DNA of 64,000 nucleotides from Andalucia godoyi And28 (GCA_009859145.1 VRVR01000046.1:124001-188000), one strand, 5' to 3'. Positions 8,547 through 18,396 are shown, numbered from the stretch's first letter. Translations and numbers: made by a program. Notes: generated by a model not told the origin, from the letters alone.

Positions 8547-10604
8547 TTATTCGTCATCCTCATCCGCGTCATCCTCATCCTCGGATTCTTCTTCTGCCTC
8601 GGCGAGCCACTTTAGGAACACGGCGCTCGAGTCCACATACTTCCTACGATTTTTCGACACGGCATTTGGCGAATCATCCGCAACATCGTCCGCGGACGAG
8701 GCCTGCGGCGAAACGAACTTGGACCAGGCGACAATCGAATCCTCAGACAGAACATCAGATTCGTATAAAAAGTGCAGGGACTTCACAAAGCACGGAGATA
8801 GCGAAACATTCTGATCGAAAAACTTTTCCAAATGCCCAATTACTGCCAACTGCTGAGTGTGATCGGATGCATACGTCGTCAACAAAGCCGAATAGCCGGT
8901 GAGGATCTTTTGAAGATTCTGCAAAAACTTTGCGCTACTTCCATTCGATGTGTCCTTCGACACTGTCAGCATTCCAGTTAACACTCCTCGAGTGCACATC
9001 TGGAACGACGCGTCGTACGCAAACTTCAAGCCATTAACCTCATGCAGCGCATCAGGCACAGAAATGTTCTCCGAAACGGCACGCTTGATAGTGTCAATCG
9101 ACTCCGTCAAATGCCGCGTTTCGTTCGAAATGAAGATTCTCTCTACAGTATCGTCATCGCCATCCGAGCCTTCCGACGGCGACTCGGAGTAGTACGATTC
9201 GGTTTCGTCCACATCAGAAGCCCGATCTTCCGATGCTCGACGAGAAGGCTTTCTTGGTTTCACACGAGATTTCAGATACGAAGCCGGCTCTTCGTTCTCT
9301 TCCGCGGCAGTCTCATAGACGGTGTTCTCGTCCACAATACCTCCAGGAGTAAATACCTTTGCAGAAAACGTCTCAAAGGAACTTTCTACTTCCACGGCGC
9401 TGCAAACAATGCAGTTTTCGAGGACGACTCCATCATTAATGACGACGTGGTCCCACAAAATGCAGTCTACAAGCTTACAATCCGCTCCGATTTTGCAGTG
9501 CGATCCAACCACTGTGTTCCTTATCAGCGTCTTCTCTCCAACTGTAGTATTAGATCCAAGAAAAACTCTATTTTCCAAGACGCACGACCTACTCAACACA
9601 ACATGGTGGTCATCCAAGTAAAAGCAAGGCCGCTGAAATCTCAAATTCGCCGCAAGCGAAAACTTGAAAACAACATCGGGAACGAATGGATATGTCCATC
9701 GATGCATGACGTCGCGAGTCACCACCTTGTACGACGGTAGGTTCTTAACTCGAGACACATACTCGCGATCTGACACCTTGTGTGCATAAATCTTTCTTCC
9801 CAAGATCTCATCATTCACGACCGCAGTGACGAAGTGCTTGCGAATGTCCTGATAATCAAAGTTGTCTTTGAATTCGAATAACAGCTCCGATGCGCAGACA
9901 TCCACAAAACAGTCTTCGAGATCAGTTCGTATTTCAATTTCCGGACAAGAATCCGAAAACATTGTCAAAGGGACAGCAAGCTTGTTCCGTGATTCACCAA
10001 GCTTTTCGAATGCTAAAATCTGGTCTGTGTTTGGATCCAAGACCACGCACAAATCATCGATATTCTCTTCAGTCGAAGGACGTGGCTTCATGACCATCGT
10101 CATCATGCAAGACTTGTCCTTCTCGCGCCGAGAACGGTGCTTCTCAATTGCGCTTGTCAGATTGAAGTTCGATACTACGTCACCAGAGATCAAAACAAAA
10201 TCATTTCGAATCATATCCATGTCATAAACTTCTCTCAATGCGTCACCGACGGACTGCGCAGACTTTGAGACAACGACATGTATCACAGGGCCAGCCCGAG
10301 CATTGCTCGCAACTGACTTCTGCGGTGCCTCCGCCCCACCTTCGCGCAGCGTCTTGTTCCATCTCGACTGCAGAAGGTACTCGTTGATTTTCTGACCAAG
10401 GTGCACACAAAACACAATAATCTCATCAACCGCAGCTGCAGCAAGAAACTCCAGTGTGTACTCCAGAACAGGGATGTTGCACAGTGGGATCAATGCACGA
10501 GGCACGTAGGTTGTGATTGGACGAAAATGAACGTCAAATGAATCTCCAAGAACGATAGCAATAAGCTTTTCCTCGGGCTTTCGGCCTTTCGCCGGAGGTG
10601 CCAT
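8547..10604 (-). CDS. EIF2B5: Translation initiation factor eIF2B epsilon subunit
   Basis: AIVLGDSFDVHFRPIT..PRALIPLCNIPVLEYTLEFL, DNFDYQD, left-handed beta-helix repeats and a C-terminal W2/HEAT domain with acidic tail (KWLAEAEEESEDE). Start at MAPPAKG. Confidence 0.95.
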   Translation of the reverse strand: MAPPAKGRKPEEKLIAIVLGDSFDVHFRPITTYVPRALIPLCNIPVLEYTLEFLAAAAVDEIIVFCVHLGQKINEYLLQSRWNKTLREGGAEAPQKSVASNARAGPVIHVVVSKSAQSVGDALREVYDMDMIRNDFVLISGDVVSNFNLTSAIEKHRSRREKDKSCMMTMVMKPRPSTEENIDDLCVVLDPNTDQILAFEKLGESRNKLAVPLTMFSDSCPEIEIRTDLEDCFVDVCASELLFEFKDNFDYQDIRKHFVTAVVNDEILGRKIYAHKVSDREYVSRVKNLPSYKVVTRDVMHRWTYPFVPDVVFKFSLAANLRFQRPCFYLDDHHVVLSRSCVLENRVFLGSNTTVGEKTLIRNTVVGSHCKIGADCKLVDCILWDHVVINDGVVLENCIVCSAVEVESSFETFSAKVFTPGGIVDENTVYETAAEENEEPASYLKSRVKPRKPSRRASEDRASDVDETESYYSESPSEGSDGDDDTVERIFISNETRHLTESIDTIKRAVSENISVPDALHEVNGLKFAYDASFQMCTRGVLTGMLTVSKDTSNGSSAKFLQNLQKILTGYSALLTTYASDHTQQLAVIGHLEKFFDQNVSLSPCFVKSLHFLYESDVLSEDSIVAWSKFVSPQASSADDVADDSPNAVSKNRRKYVDSSAVFLKWLAEAEEESEDEDDADEDDE

Positions 10605-10999
10605 TTGCTTATCAAACAAAACGCAGAGACTGAAAGCAAAACAAAAGGGGGAGATCAGAAAGGTTGCAGAATGCAGAACGAAAAGGAGGGGGGAGGGACT
10701 TAGAAAATTGAAAAAATCAAAAGAAAAACACAATGAAGAAAAGGCGGGGGGGGGGGGGAATAAAAGAAAATCGTCCAAAGCCGCTGATTAATAATAACAC
10801 GCGATTGTCATGCATACAGAAAGAAAGTATGCATAAACAGACACCGACACTAGCACCTTTGTTTCATGGGAATTCGTGCCTATGCACGCTCGGCCAAAAT
10901 TCAGCATGTGACACAGGCTCCGCATTCTCGACACTCTTTTAGGCAGCATCCGTAGCCATCTATTCTATCATTCGTTGGTTCCACTTTATTAATTCAAAT

Positions 11000-11536
11000 A
11001 TGGGCGTGAGTGCGCTAGGAAGACGCATTCGCCTACGCCTACGCCGCTCGATACAGGGCCTCCTAGGTCCCGCAGAACTCCTAAAAGACCACGTATCTCC
11101 AGTTGCATCAATCGCTGCAACTGAGGGCTCGAAAGCGCCTGCTGCTAGGGCCGTCAGAATCAAAATGCACCCTTCTCAGAAACAACGTGTCACGCTGAGA
11201 AAGCGACGGAGGAGTACACGTCCAAAACGTGCGGGCTCTGCGGTGAGATTCATGCACGTCTAGGCGGAAGCAAAGTGTTTGCATGCCGCACAAAGGATTC
11301 CAAGGACCAAGGTCGGGGAAGTCTCTCGGATTGTACAGCAGTGGGAAAAAAAGGGGAGAGGGGGCTTCAGAAATGCTGGGAACCCGGGTGTGTGTCCTTC
11401 GCATCTTCTGCAGGCACCAGCTCACTGCTTTTTTCGGCATCAGAGTCTCGTTGCCCGACGGATCGTGACATGTTCTCCCTTTCGCATTGTAGCAACAGCA
11501 GGCATGATTCCTCGTATTGACGCGAACGGGCTTTAA
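11000..11536 (+). mobile_element. Internally deleted Fanzor2/TnpB-like relic (non-autonomous)
   Basis: 11147-11203 encodes RAVRIKMHPSQKQRVTLRK (TnpB/Fanzor N-terminal HTH/WED motif). Immediately after it, in another frame, 11206-11286 encodes TEEYTSKTCGLCGEIHARLGGSKVFAC (Fanzor2 RuvC-II/zinc-ribbon motif). Element boundaries are uncertain. Confidence 0.75.
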
Positions 11537-11994
11537 CGCGACAGAGGCCCATACCTCACAGAAATGCAGAGAGAGAAATTGACCTCTGTACGATTCCAAG
11601 GCCGCGACGGCTGCGAACTCTGCTTTTGAGAAGACTGGGCAGAGATATGGAAAATGAGGGACAAACCGTGAATGACATTGCGCTCTCTTTGATTGAAAAT
11701 CAGTTTCATTGCACATAAATAACAGTCTAACGCCTGCGATACACTGCATCAATACTACTGCAATGTTGCACGACAATCGATCCTACGACTCAATCGTCTA
11801 GGGAGCCCCGAGAGTGACCGGCTCTCAACAAATCCGAATTGGGGAAGAGAGGGAGACTTCGTTTTTCTTTAGTTCTAACCGGAGGGGAAAACGCCCTGCG
11901 TTAGAGGGTCTCAAGCATTGTGTCAAGACGATGAAAACGAAAAATAACACATGATAATAACAATTCAAAAAGTTTCCAACGGTTGATGACAAGA

Positions 11995-13452
11995 CTATGA
12001 ACAACGGTCCAATATCCAAGAACGCAAAGACGAAGCGTGCGGCGGCCCTCTGTAGTGCAGAACGTCGAATGGATCTGACCAAGGACGGAACACAATTGAG
12101 GGAACTGTCGAGACAACGTCCCGCGGCGAAGCAAGGGTTTGAATATCCACCAGTACAAACTCGGAATTGCACGACGACGAAACCTCGTTTGACAGAGATT
12201 CGAAGAGGACATGAAACACTCCGCAAGGAACACAGGTTCTCGAATAAAACAGCGTAAAAGAATTTCTTGGATTCTGTGAAGACAGGGGTGTGAAAGTCAA
12301 TGGATCTTGATAGTCCACGTTCAAAGGAGGAAAAGCGCTGTTGTCTGAATTGCAGTACAAATGAAGATAGGCGATAAATGAATGAAGAGGAACAGCACCT
12401 TCGGACGCAGAACCGATCCAGGAACAAAACGCCCCATCAACTGATGAGACGATGACATCAGCCTTTCGGAGCCACGACTGCTGCAAAACGCACGGCGCAT
12501 CCCAAAAACCCCATTGAATGGAGGAGTTAAATATCTGGGGTGCAACAGAACTTGTGCTTAGCCCACCTTGTGCAGAAGCAGTCGAAGTGATCGAAGAATA
12601 CTGCCTGAGAATATGTTGCAGCACCTGAGCATCTCGCGCAATCACAAGCGTCGTGCCGTGGCGCTTGGCTTCCGCAAGAATTTGGAACGCTGTGTCTGTG
12701 TCAAATCGTACTGGAGGAGAAAAACGGCCTTGAATGGAAGGAAATGCATTGCAATCGAACGAGTAGCTGGATTGCATTGGTGACAGAGCAGGCAAGGTTA
12801 CCTCCAAATGAGGAGGTGAAGACACTGAAGACATTGCATCAGGGGAGAGAGAAACCACGGTGGAAGCCTGCACTACTGTACAAGACTGTGCAGGATGGAT
12901 AACAGAACACGATTTGGACTTTTCCACCTCTTCTCTGGAAAGACACCCATGTGATTCTACCAATACATCAAAATGATCACGCGTCGCAGAAACAACGGGA
13001 AGTTCTCTGGACAACACGTGGATAAGCCTCTGCCGCAATTTTCTGGGAGAGAGCAGTCCAACATGCAGTATTTCAGCCCTCTTACCCCAATCAAACCAAT
13101 AAAGCAGGGTACCAGAAAAGAACCAGCGATGACTGCGAAAGTATGCAAGATCTCCCGTCATCCACACGATAAATGCAGATATGGGAATGTTGACAGTGGA
13201 TAGCGACGATATGAAAGTTTTGGAAGTGGAATCCCATGGATACAGGAGAAGAACAATGAACCTCTGTGGGAAAGGACTATTCGAATCGGTGGTAGGATGC
13301 GCGGTTTGCGAAAGCTCGGTAACCATTTGCAGGAACTCCGTGCTGTGCAATTCTTGGACGTTCGCAATCGCCAAGGTTCGTTGAGAGCAAGTGCAAACCA
13401 GAAAACACAAAACGATCATCCACCATGCAGCAGCGATCGTCTTGGATTCCAT
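11995..13452 (-). CDS. Secreted/ER thioredoxin-fold (PDI-like) protein
   Basis: Hydrophobic N-terminal signal. C-terminal thioredoxin domain: FTLFYSRTCVPCGVF...FVLVDI...STVPSIVF...LHYRGP. N-terminal thioredoxin-like domain lacks CxxC. Confidence 0.7.
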   Translation of the reverse strand: MESKTIAAAWWMIVLCFLVCTCSQRTLAIANVQELHSTEFLQMVTELSQTAHPTTDSNSPFPQRFIVLLLYPWDSTSKTFISSLSTVNIPISAFIVWMTGDLAYFRSHRWFFSGTLLYWFDWGKRAEILHVGLLSPRKLRQRLIHVLSRELPVVSATRDHFDVLVESHGCLSREEVEKSKSCSVIHPAQSCTVVQASTVVSLSPDAMSSVSSPPHLEVTLPALSPMQSSYSFDCNAFPSIQGRFSPPVRFDTDTAFQILAEAKRHGTTLVIARDAQVLQHILRQYSSITSTASAQGGLSTSSVAPQIFNSSIQWGFWDAPCVLQQSWLRKADVIVSSVDGAFCSWIGSASEGAVPLHSFIAYLHLYCNSDNSAFPPLNVDYQDPLTFTPLSSQNPRNSFTLFYSRTCVPCGVFHVLFESLSNEVSSSCNSEFVLVDIQTLASPRDVVSTVPSIVFRPWSDPFDVLHYRGPPHASSLRSWILDRCS

Positions 13453-13779
13453 TTTGTCCGCTTTTCCCTCCCTCTAGCTCAGTGGCTGACTGCGTGGAGC
13501 AGTGTATGTGCGTGAGCGTATGATTGGTGAGAGTGGGAGAAAGCTCGCCACCATCTGTTTCGCACCAAACAATCAGGCAGAAGAAGAAAGATAATGCTTG
13601 CCTCAAATTGATGCAATTTCTGGCGCTATTGCTGGAGGGTGAGGTGAACCTCAACTTTCCAAACCTTGTGGATTTCAGTGATTTGAATTTTTTTCAGTCT
13701 CTATAAATACTTTCACTTTCCCCCATCGCGCAGCGAGTCCTCGTAAACAAAATTTGCTTGCAAGATTTGTCAAATTCGG

Positions 13780-14490
13780 ATGCTATCCCGATCGGTTCGA
13801 TTGCTTTTCACGGGCGCTCCTGGAGTTGGAAAGGGCACGTATGCATCTCGGGTGTCCGAGAAAATTGGATTGCCTCATATTTCGGCAGGAGATCTCCTTC
13901 GCGCGGAAGTCGCAACCGGAAGCTCCCTTGGAAAGGAACTGTCCGGATACTTGTCGAAGGGCTTGCTCGCGCCTCCGTCTATTGTGAATGCTATTGTTTT
14001 CCAGCGTCTCAAAAGGGACGATTGCCAGCACCGGGGTTACATCCTTGACGGCTTTCCGCGCTCTGTTGCGCAAGCAGACGAGATGCACCATGTTGAAGAC
14101 ATCCAGCTGGACTCCGTGATCAATTTCCATCAAGATTATGAAGTGATTATTCAAAAGCTTGCGGGTCGGAGAGTATGCTCCTCGTGTGGTACAGGATACA
14201 ACCTTTCTCATGTCAAGAAGGGCAGACTGGACATGCCTCCGTTGGCTCCAAGAATCAGTGGTGTGTGTGATTCCTGCGGCGGAGAGCTTGTTCAGCGATC
14301 AGATGATAATCCAGAAGTCGTTTTTGACCGTTTGAAAGTGTATGAGAACTCAACACAGCCCCTCATTGATTACTATAAGAAGGCGGGAATTTTACTGGAG
14401 TTTGAAGTAGACGGAACCCCGAAGCAGTGCATGCCGCGTTTGGTTCGATTGATCGAGGGTGTTTCCAAAAATGAAAAACTGGCCGCGTAG
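13780..14490 (+). CDS. ADK: Adenylate kinase, long (LID) form, probably mitochondrial
   Basis: P-loop GAPGVGKGT, GYILDGFPR, LID RRVCSSC...CDSC, RSDD; short Arg/Ser-rich N-terminus. Confidence 0.93.
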   Translation: MLSRSVRLLFTGAPGVGKGTYASRVSEKIGLPHISAGDLLRAEVATGSSLGKELSGYLSKGLLAPPSIVNAIVFQRLKRDDCQHRGYILDGFPRSVAQADEMHHVEDIQLDSVINFHQDYEVIIQKLAGRRVCSSCGTGYNLSHVKKGRLDMPPLAPRISGVCDSCGGELVQRSDDNPEVVFDRLKVYENSTQPLIDYYKKAGILLEFEVDGTPKQCMPRLVRLIEGVSKNEKLAA

Positions 14491-14598
14491 TATTGCTCAT
14501 TTCGAGCACGTTATATGAAGGAGTATTTTAGAAGAAGAAGAAGAATGGATCACATGATGGGAACATGGATCGTCAGTTGCTAGGTCAGTAGCAGACAT

Positions 14599-16221
14599 TT
14601 ATCTGGCCATAGGGTCTTCTACATCTTCATCATCTCCGGCAGCATCATCTTCATCGTCAACGTCATCCTCGGCCGATTCAAACGCATTAGAAGGAAGAGA
14701 ATACAACACTAGAGCAGATTGTGCGGGAGGTTTGAACAACAAATAAAGGCCATCTGGCTGCTGACGGACAGCATTAATAACAGCCGCCAAAACACCGTAT
14801 GATTCTTGAGGAGAACGAATGGACTCGGGCTTCCAATTCTCGACCGCGAGAATTCGATGCTTGTCTGAAGAACCGACTCGAGTTACAAACGCAACTTTGA
14901 TTGTGGAAATGTCGCCGAGATACGCCTGACTAGCCCAGCGTGCTGCAACAAAGAGATTTCGCTGAATTTGGGTAAGCAACATGCCCGCACGAGATTTCTG
15001 GAGTTCCTGGGCCCACTTGGAAGGAGTATCGTACTCCAACAATGAACGCAAAAGAGCTCTCTTTGTCTCCCCTCGCTCGCGCACAAGCGAGCTTACTTCC
15101 GTTCGGTAAACAACTTCAGTGCCATCTGGAAGCACAAAAGAGCGATAATAGAATCCAACATCTGCAGGCTTGCCAGTTGTCGCCTCTCCGACAGGAATTG
15201 GTCCAAGATCTTCAGCCTCCTCCGACAGCGCTTGCTGAGAAAAACACTGCGAAACATACGTCGCTTCAGCGGTGAGACGATCCTGGCTGTTTGCCGACGC
15301 TTTGTCCTCATTCGTGGGAGGGAAATTGTCACTTTCGTTGACGGTTTGAAGGTCCAAAGTGGATCCGTCACGTTTATCGAGAACAAGCACATTGCCCTCC
15401 TTTCGTAAAACGAGATCAAACGAGAAGACCGCTCGAGGGGCACACATCAACGCGGTAAGTGCAGCGTCTGTCGAATAAAGCGTCGGGGTCTTGTCCTTCG
15501 GATTCTTTTCTTGTTGCATCTTGACCAGCACCGGGTCTGAGGAAGCATTCACATGAGTCAGGAAGTCGACGTTCTCCAGATGGTCCAAACCTCGCGGATC
15601 TCTCGGGGCAACGTCTCCAGCCCGGACGTCAAAATAACGGAGACGACCAGCGGTTGAGAGTTCCTTGAAGTTTGATACTTCAGCGGTCTTCTTCGAGAGT
15701 TCTTGGAATTCGAACGACAATATCTTATTCCACTGGCGATCAATTTGGATTGACGGCTCCAGAGACTCTTCATCAAACCGGGTAGGGTTTACAACACGCT
15801 GCCCACGACCCGAACCACCAGGCCGCGAAAAGCCAGGGCGATTGGAAGAAAATCCACCACGCTGAAAGTGACCAAATCGCCCCCGCTGGCCACCACCGCG
15901 ACCTCCAAAAGGAGGACCGCCGGCACCTTGCTGAGTCGGGCGACGTCCGGCCCGCTGCCGAGTAGCTCCACGTGTCTCGACCTCTTTAAATGAAGAATCT
16001 TCCGCTTCGTGCGAGTATGCAAACGTGGAAGAAGTCTTCTCGACTTCTGCCTTCGCAGCGCGCACACCCTGTACACGGGAATGGGTGGTTAAGAAATCAG
16101 CAACTTTGCCAAGCTTCTGTGTATGATCAAATACCGAAAAAGGTACCGAGACAGCAGAAGTGTCAGTTGTCGGCGCAGGGCCCCAACCAGCAGTTGTCGA
16201 AAAAGGAAGTGTGAAAGACAT
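14599..16221 (-). CDS. EIF3D: Translation initiation factor eIF3 subunit D
   Basis: GWGP, KLGKVADF, RG-rich region, FSFDLVLRKEGNVLVLDKRD, LQTVNES, RWASQAYLG, IKVAFVTR, acidic tail. Start at MSFTLPF. Confidence 0.92.
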   Translation of the reverse strand: MSFTLPFSTTAGWGPAPTTDTSAVSVPFSVFDHTQKLGKVADFLTTHSRVQGVRAAKAEVEKTSSTFAYSHEAEDSSFKEVETRGATRQRAGRRPTQQGAGGPPFGGRGGGQRGRFGHFQRGGFSSNRPGFSRPGGSGRGQRVVNPTRFDEESLEPSIQIDRQWNKILSFEFQELSKKTAEVSNFKELSTAGRLRYFDVRAGDVAPRDPRGLDHLENVDFLTHVNASSDPVLVKMQQEKNPKDKTPTLYSTDAALTALMCAPRAVFSFDLVLRKEGNVLVLDKRDGSTLDLQTVNESDNFPPTNEDKASANSQDRLTAEATYVSQCFSQQALSEEAEDLGPIPVGEATTGKPADVGFYYRSFVLPDGTEVVYRTEVSSLVRERGETKRALLRSLLEYDTPSKWAQELQKSRAGMLLTQIQRNLFVAARWASQAYLGDISTIKVAFVTRVGSSDKHRILAVENWKPESIRSPQESYGVLAAVINAVRQQPDGLYLLFKPPAQSALVLYSLPSNAFESAEDDVDDEDDAAGDDEDVEDPMAR

Positions 16222-16346
16222 AATGATGCGCGAATAACTGAAAAGCGAATAATTGAAGGAAGAAGCAAAAAAAGAAGCGTGGAAAAGAAAAAGAATTGTC
16301 ACTTGGGCGAGTTTCGATTGGACCCTCTGTTTTTACTTCAAAAAAA

Positions 16347-16355
16347 AAACCCTAA
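16347..16355. promoter_or_regulatory. Telo-box-like motif AAACCCTAA upstream of eIF3d
   Basis: Exact motif seen about 125 nt upstream of the eIF3d ATG, partly inside an A-run. Function is inferred from plant telo-boxes. Confidence 0.25.
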
Positions 16356-16922
16356 GCTAGGTCAAGCCCAGCAGAAAACAACTAAGCATCTACAGCAGGG
16401 AAAAGGTACAAATGCCCAGAAATTTCCCACACACTTTTTGCTTGTTGTTTTGCTTGCTGTTTTGTTTCTTGTGCGACGACAATGTGAGTGTGTAGCCTTT
16501 GAGACCTCGACAGCGGAAAATTCTGTACAGACCGCTTCTTTTTCGAGGAAATGCTGCGAGGAGCATGTTTGGCCCAATGGTTGCAACCACTTCACTGAGC
16601 AGATAAACGGAAGGAACGAACTCAAAAGAAAATAAAACCCATCAAAAGAAGAGAGAAAACGCCAATTAATTAAAATAGTAGTAAAACATCGCCACGTAAG
16701 TGTCTTCGTGACATCGGTCATCCACTGCGTGCATCAGCATGCATCATCATTCACCCACCATGAACATCCACGCATGACAGGACAGCAATTTCGCCACGAG
16801 AAAACAGCAGTGTCAATGCTGACTGCATGTGACACGCCGCGTGCTAAAACAGACCACCAAACTCGCCAAACACAAATCCAACGCACACACACACACACAC
16901 ACAAAAAGACTAGCAAAGGTAT

Positions 16923-17459
16923 CTAAGATCTGACCACCTGTTCTCTGTCTTTGTACTCTTGCATACAAACCACGGTGGGCGCCCGTCCTTCAATGCAACG
17001 CTGCCTTTCAGTGTTTATGAACTTCGCCACCGTCTCAGCGTCTTGCAAGCCAAATAGGCAAGAGAACGCACAGCAGCAGAACACATCGCTGGAATGCACA
17101 CATACTGCTTCTCCAAATGCGTTGCAGCAAATCACAAAGGCAGGCAAGTGCACAGCTTTTCGAGAGCGTCGATAGTCAAAATACGAAATGTGAAGCGAGT
17201 CACAGAGTTGGAAACAACAGAAGTACGGTGTGTTCCACTCCACTCTGTTCTCCATCACCCAAACATAGCGATCGTGATACGCAGTCTCGGCCGAGCAGCA
17301 GTACTGCCAACAACACGGATTATACCAGCAGCACAGCCCCGATAATTGATAGAATCTTTGAAAACGGGGGTCCATCAGTGCATTATGGACAATTCGAATT
17401 CCTGGATACGCACCCTGTCGATAGACAGGTCTGCGGCAAATTGTATTGGGAGCAGACAT
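16923..17459 (-). CDS. Cys-rich hypothetical protein
   Basis: ATG at MSAPNTIC; 178 aa; many CC/CCC clusters (LCCWYNPCCWQYCC, FCCCAFSC). Confidence 0.7.
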   Translation of the reverse strand: MSAPNTICRRPVYRQGAYPGIRIVHNALMDPRFQRFYQLSGLCCWYNPCCWQYCCSAETAYHDRYVWVMENRVEWNTPYFCCFQLCDSLHISYFDYRRSRKAVHLPAFVICCNAFGEAVCVHSSDVFCCCAFSCLFGLQDAETVAKFINTERQRCIEGRAPTVVCMQEYKDREQVVRS

Positions 17460-17871
17460 TTGAGCAACAGCACCAAACGTCCAGAGGTGGGGAGGAAGGG
17501 GGAGAACGATCGAAACAAAACTCGAATAAGAGAGAATTCGTGCACTTTGACACAGTGTGCACGAGCGAGCGGCGAGTGGCAACCTTTCAAAGAACTCATA
17601 GAAGGCTCCAGCACCCCGTCGTAGAAAAAAGACCTTGCTTTTTTTTTACAGCAAGTGCAGCCACTGCAGGCGTCTGGCAGAGTCGCACGGCTGCAGCCCA
17701 AATGGCAAACATGGACGAGGACGACGCGGCACAGGAGGCACATCCGACCAAATGCACAGTGTGATTTCAGTCCAGTTACAATCGCGTGCATCGAAGGGCG
17801 TTCCATCATTGCTTCTGTACCCTCTGCAATCTGGTTTGTGGAACTTCATAGATACAGCGAACAACAATCCT

Positions 17872-18396
17872 TTAACCCCGCTTGTGCAATGTAGAGTGCA
17901 TTTCAAACTGCTTCTTTTCGATTTGTGCTCGCTGATACTCATGAGCAAGCGAGGTGATCTGGTTCTTGGACTTGAACTTGGAAGACACCGCAGCCGCTCG
18001 GGGGATGGACGCCGTGGGTGCAAGAGGGAGACAATGCGGAACATTGATTGACGGGGGGTGAGAGATTGGTGTCTTGGGCTCCGGTGGATTGTCGAACCGC
18101 ACCACCTTCAACTCACCAGAGGAAGTGGAGGAAGTGGGCGAGGACGATGATGTGGGAGGTGTGACTTCTCTCTTGAAACGTTTTGAAGGCGGAGGCAACA
18201 CATCAAACAACGAGGTTGAGGAAAGTGATGACCTTCTAATGAAAGGAGGCAGAACGCGAGGGTCCGCTGCGGTCTGCTCTTTCGAGGAACGCCGCGAAGA
18301 TGAAGCACAAAGTCCGCTGTCACTGCTGCATGCAGGCACCGGATGCTCCTCATCCGATTGTGAATGGTCAGAACCGTATTCCGCTAAAACATCCAT
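17872..18396 (-). CDS. PRCC-like protein (proline-rich, spliceosome/checkpoint associated)
   Basis: N-terminus MDVLAEYGSD resembles PRCC MSLVAYASSD. C-terminal KSKNQITSLAHEY resembles PRCC KHQITYL. The usual terminal KYGF/W is missing. Confidence 0.55.
   Translation of the reverse strand: MDVLAEYGSDHSQSDEEHPVPACSSDSGLCASSSRRSSKEQTAADPRVLPPFIRRSSLSSTSLFDVLPPPSKRFKREVTPPTSSSSPTSSTSSGELKVVRFDNPPEPKTPISHPPSINVPHCLPLAPTASIPRAAAVSSKFKSKNQITSLAHEYQRAQIEKKQFEMHSTLHKRG

Noticed and set aside
16708-16790. Possible C/D-box snoRNA on the minus strand (ATGATGA...CTGA...GGATGA)
   Set aside because: No terminal D box or closing stem at the expected distance.
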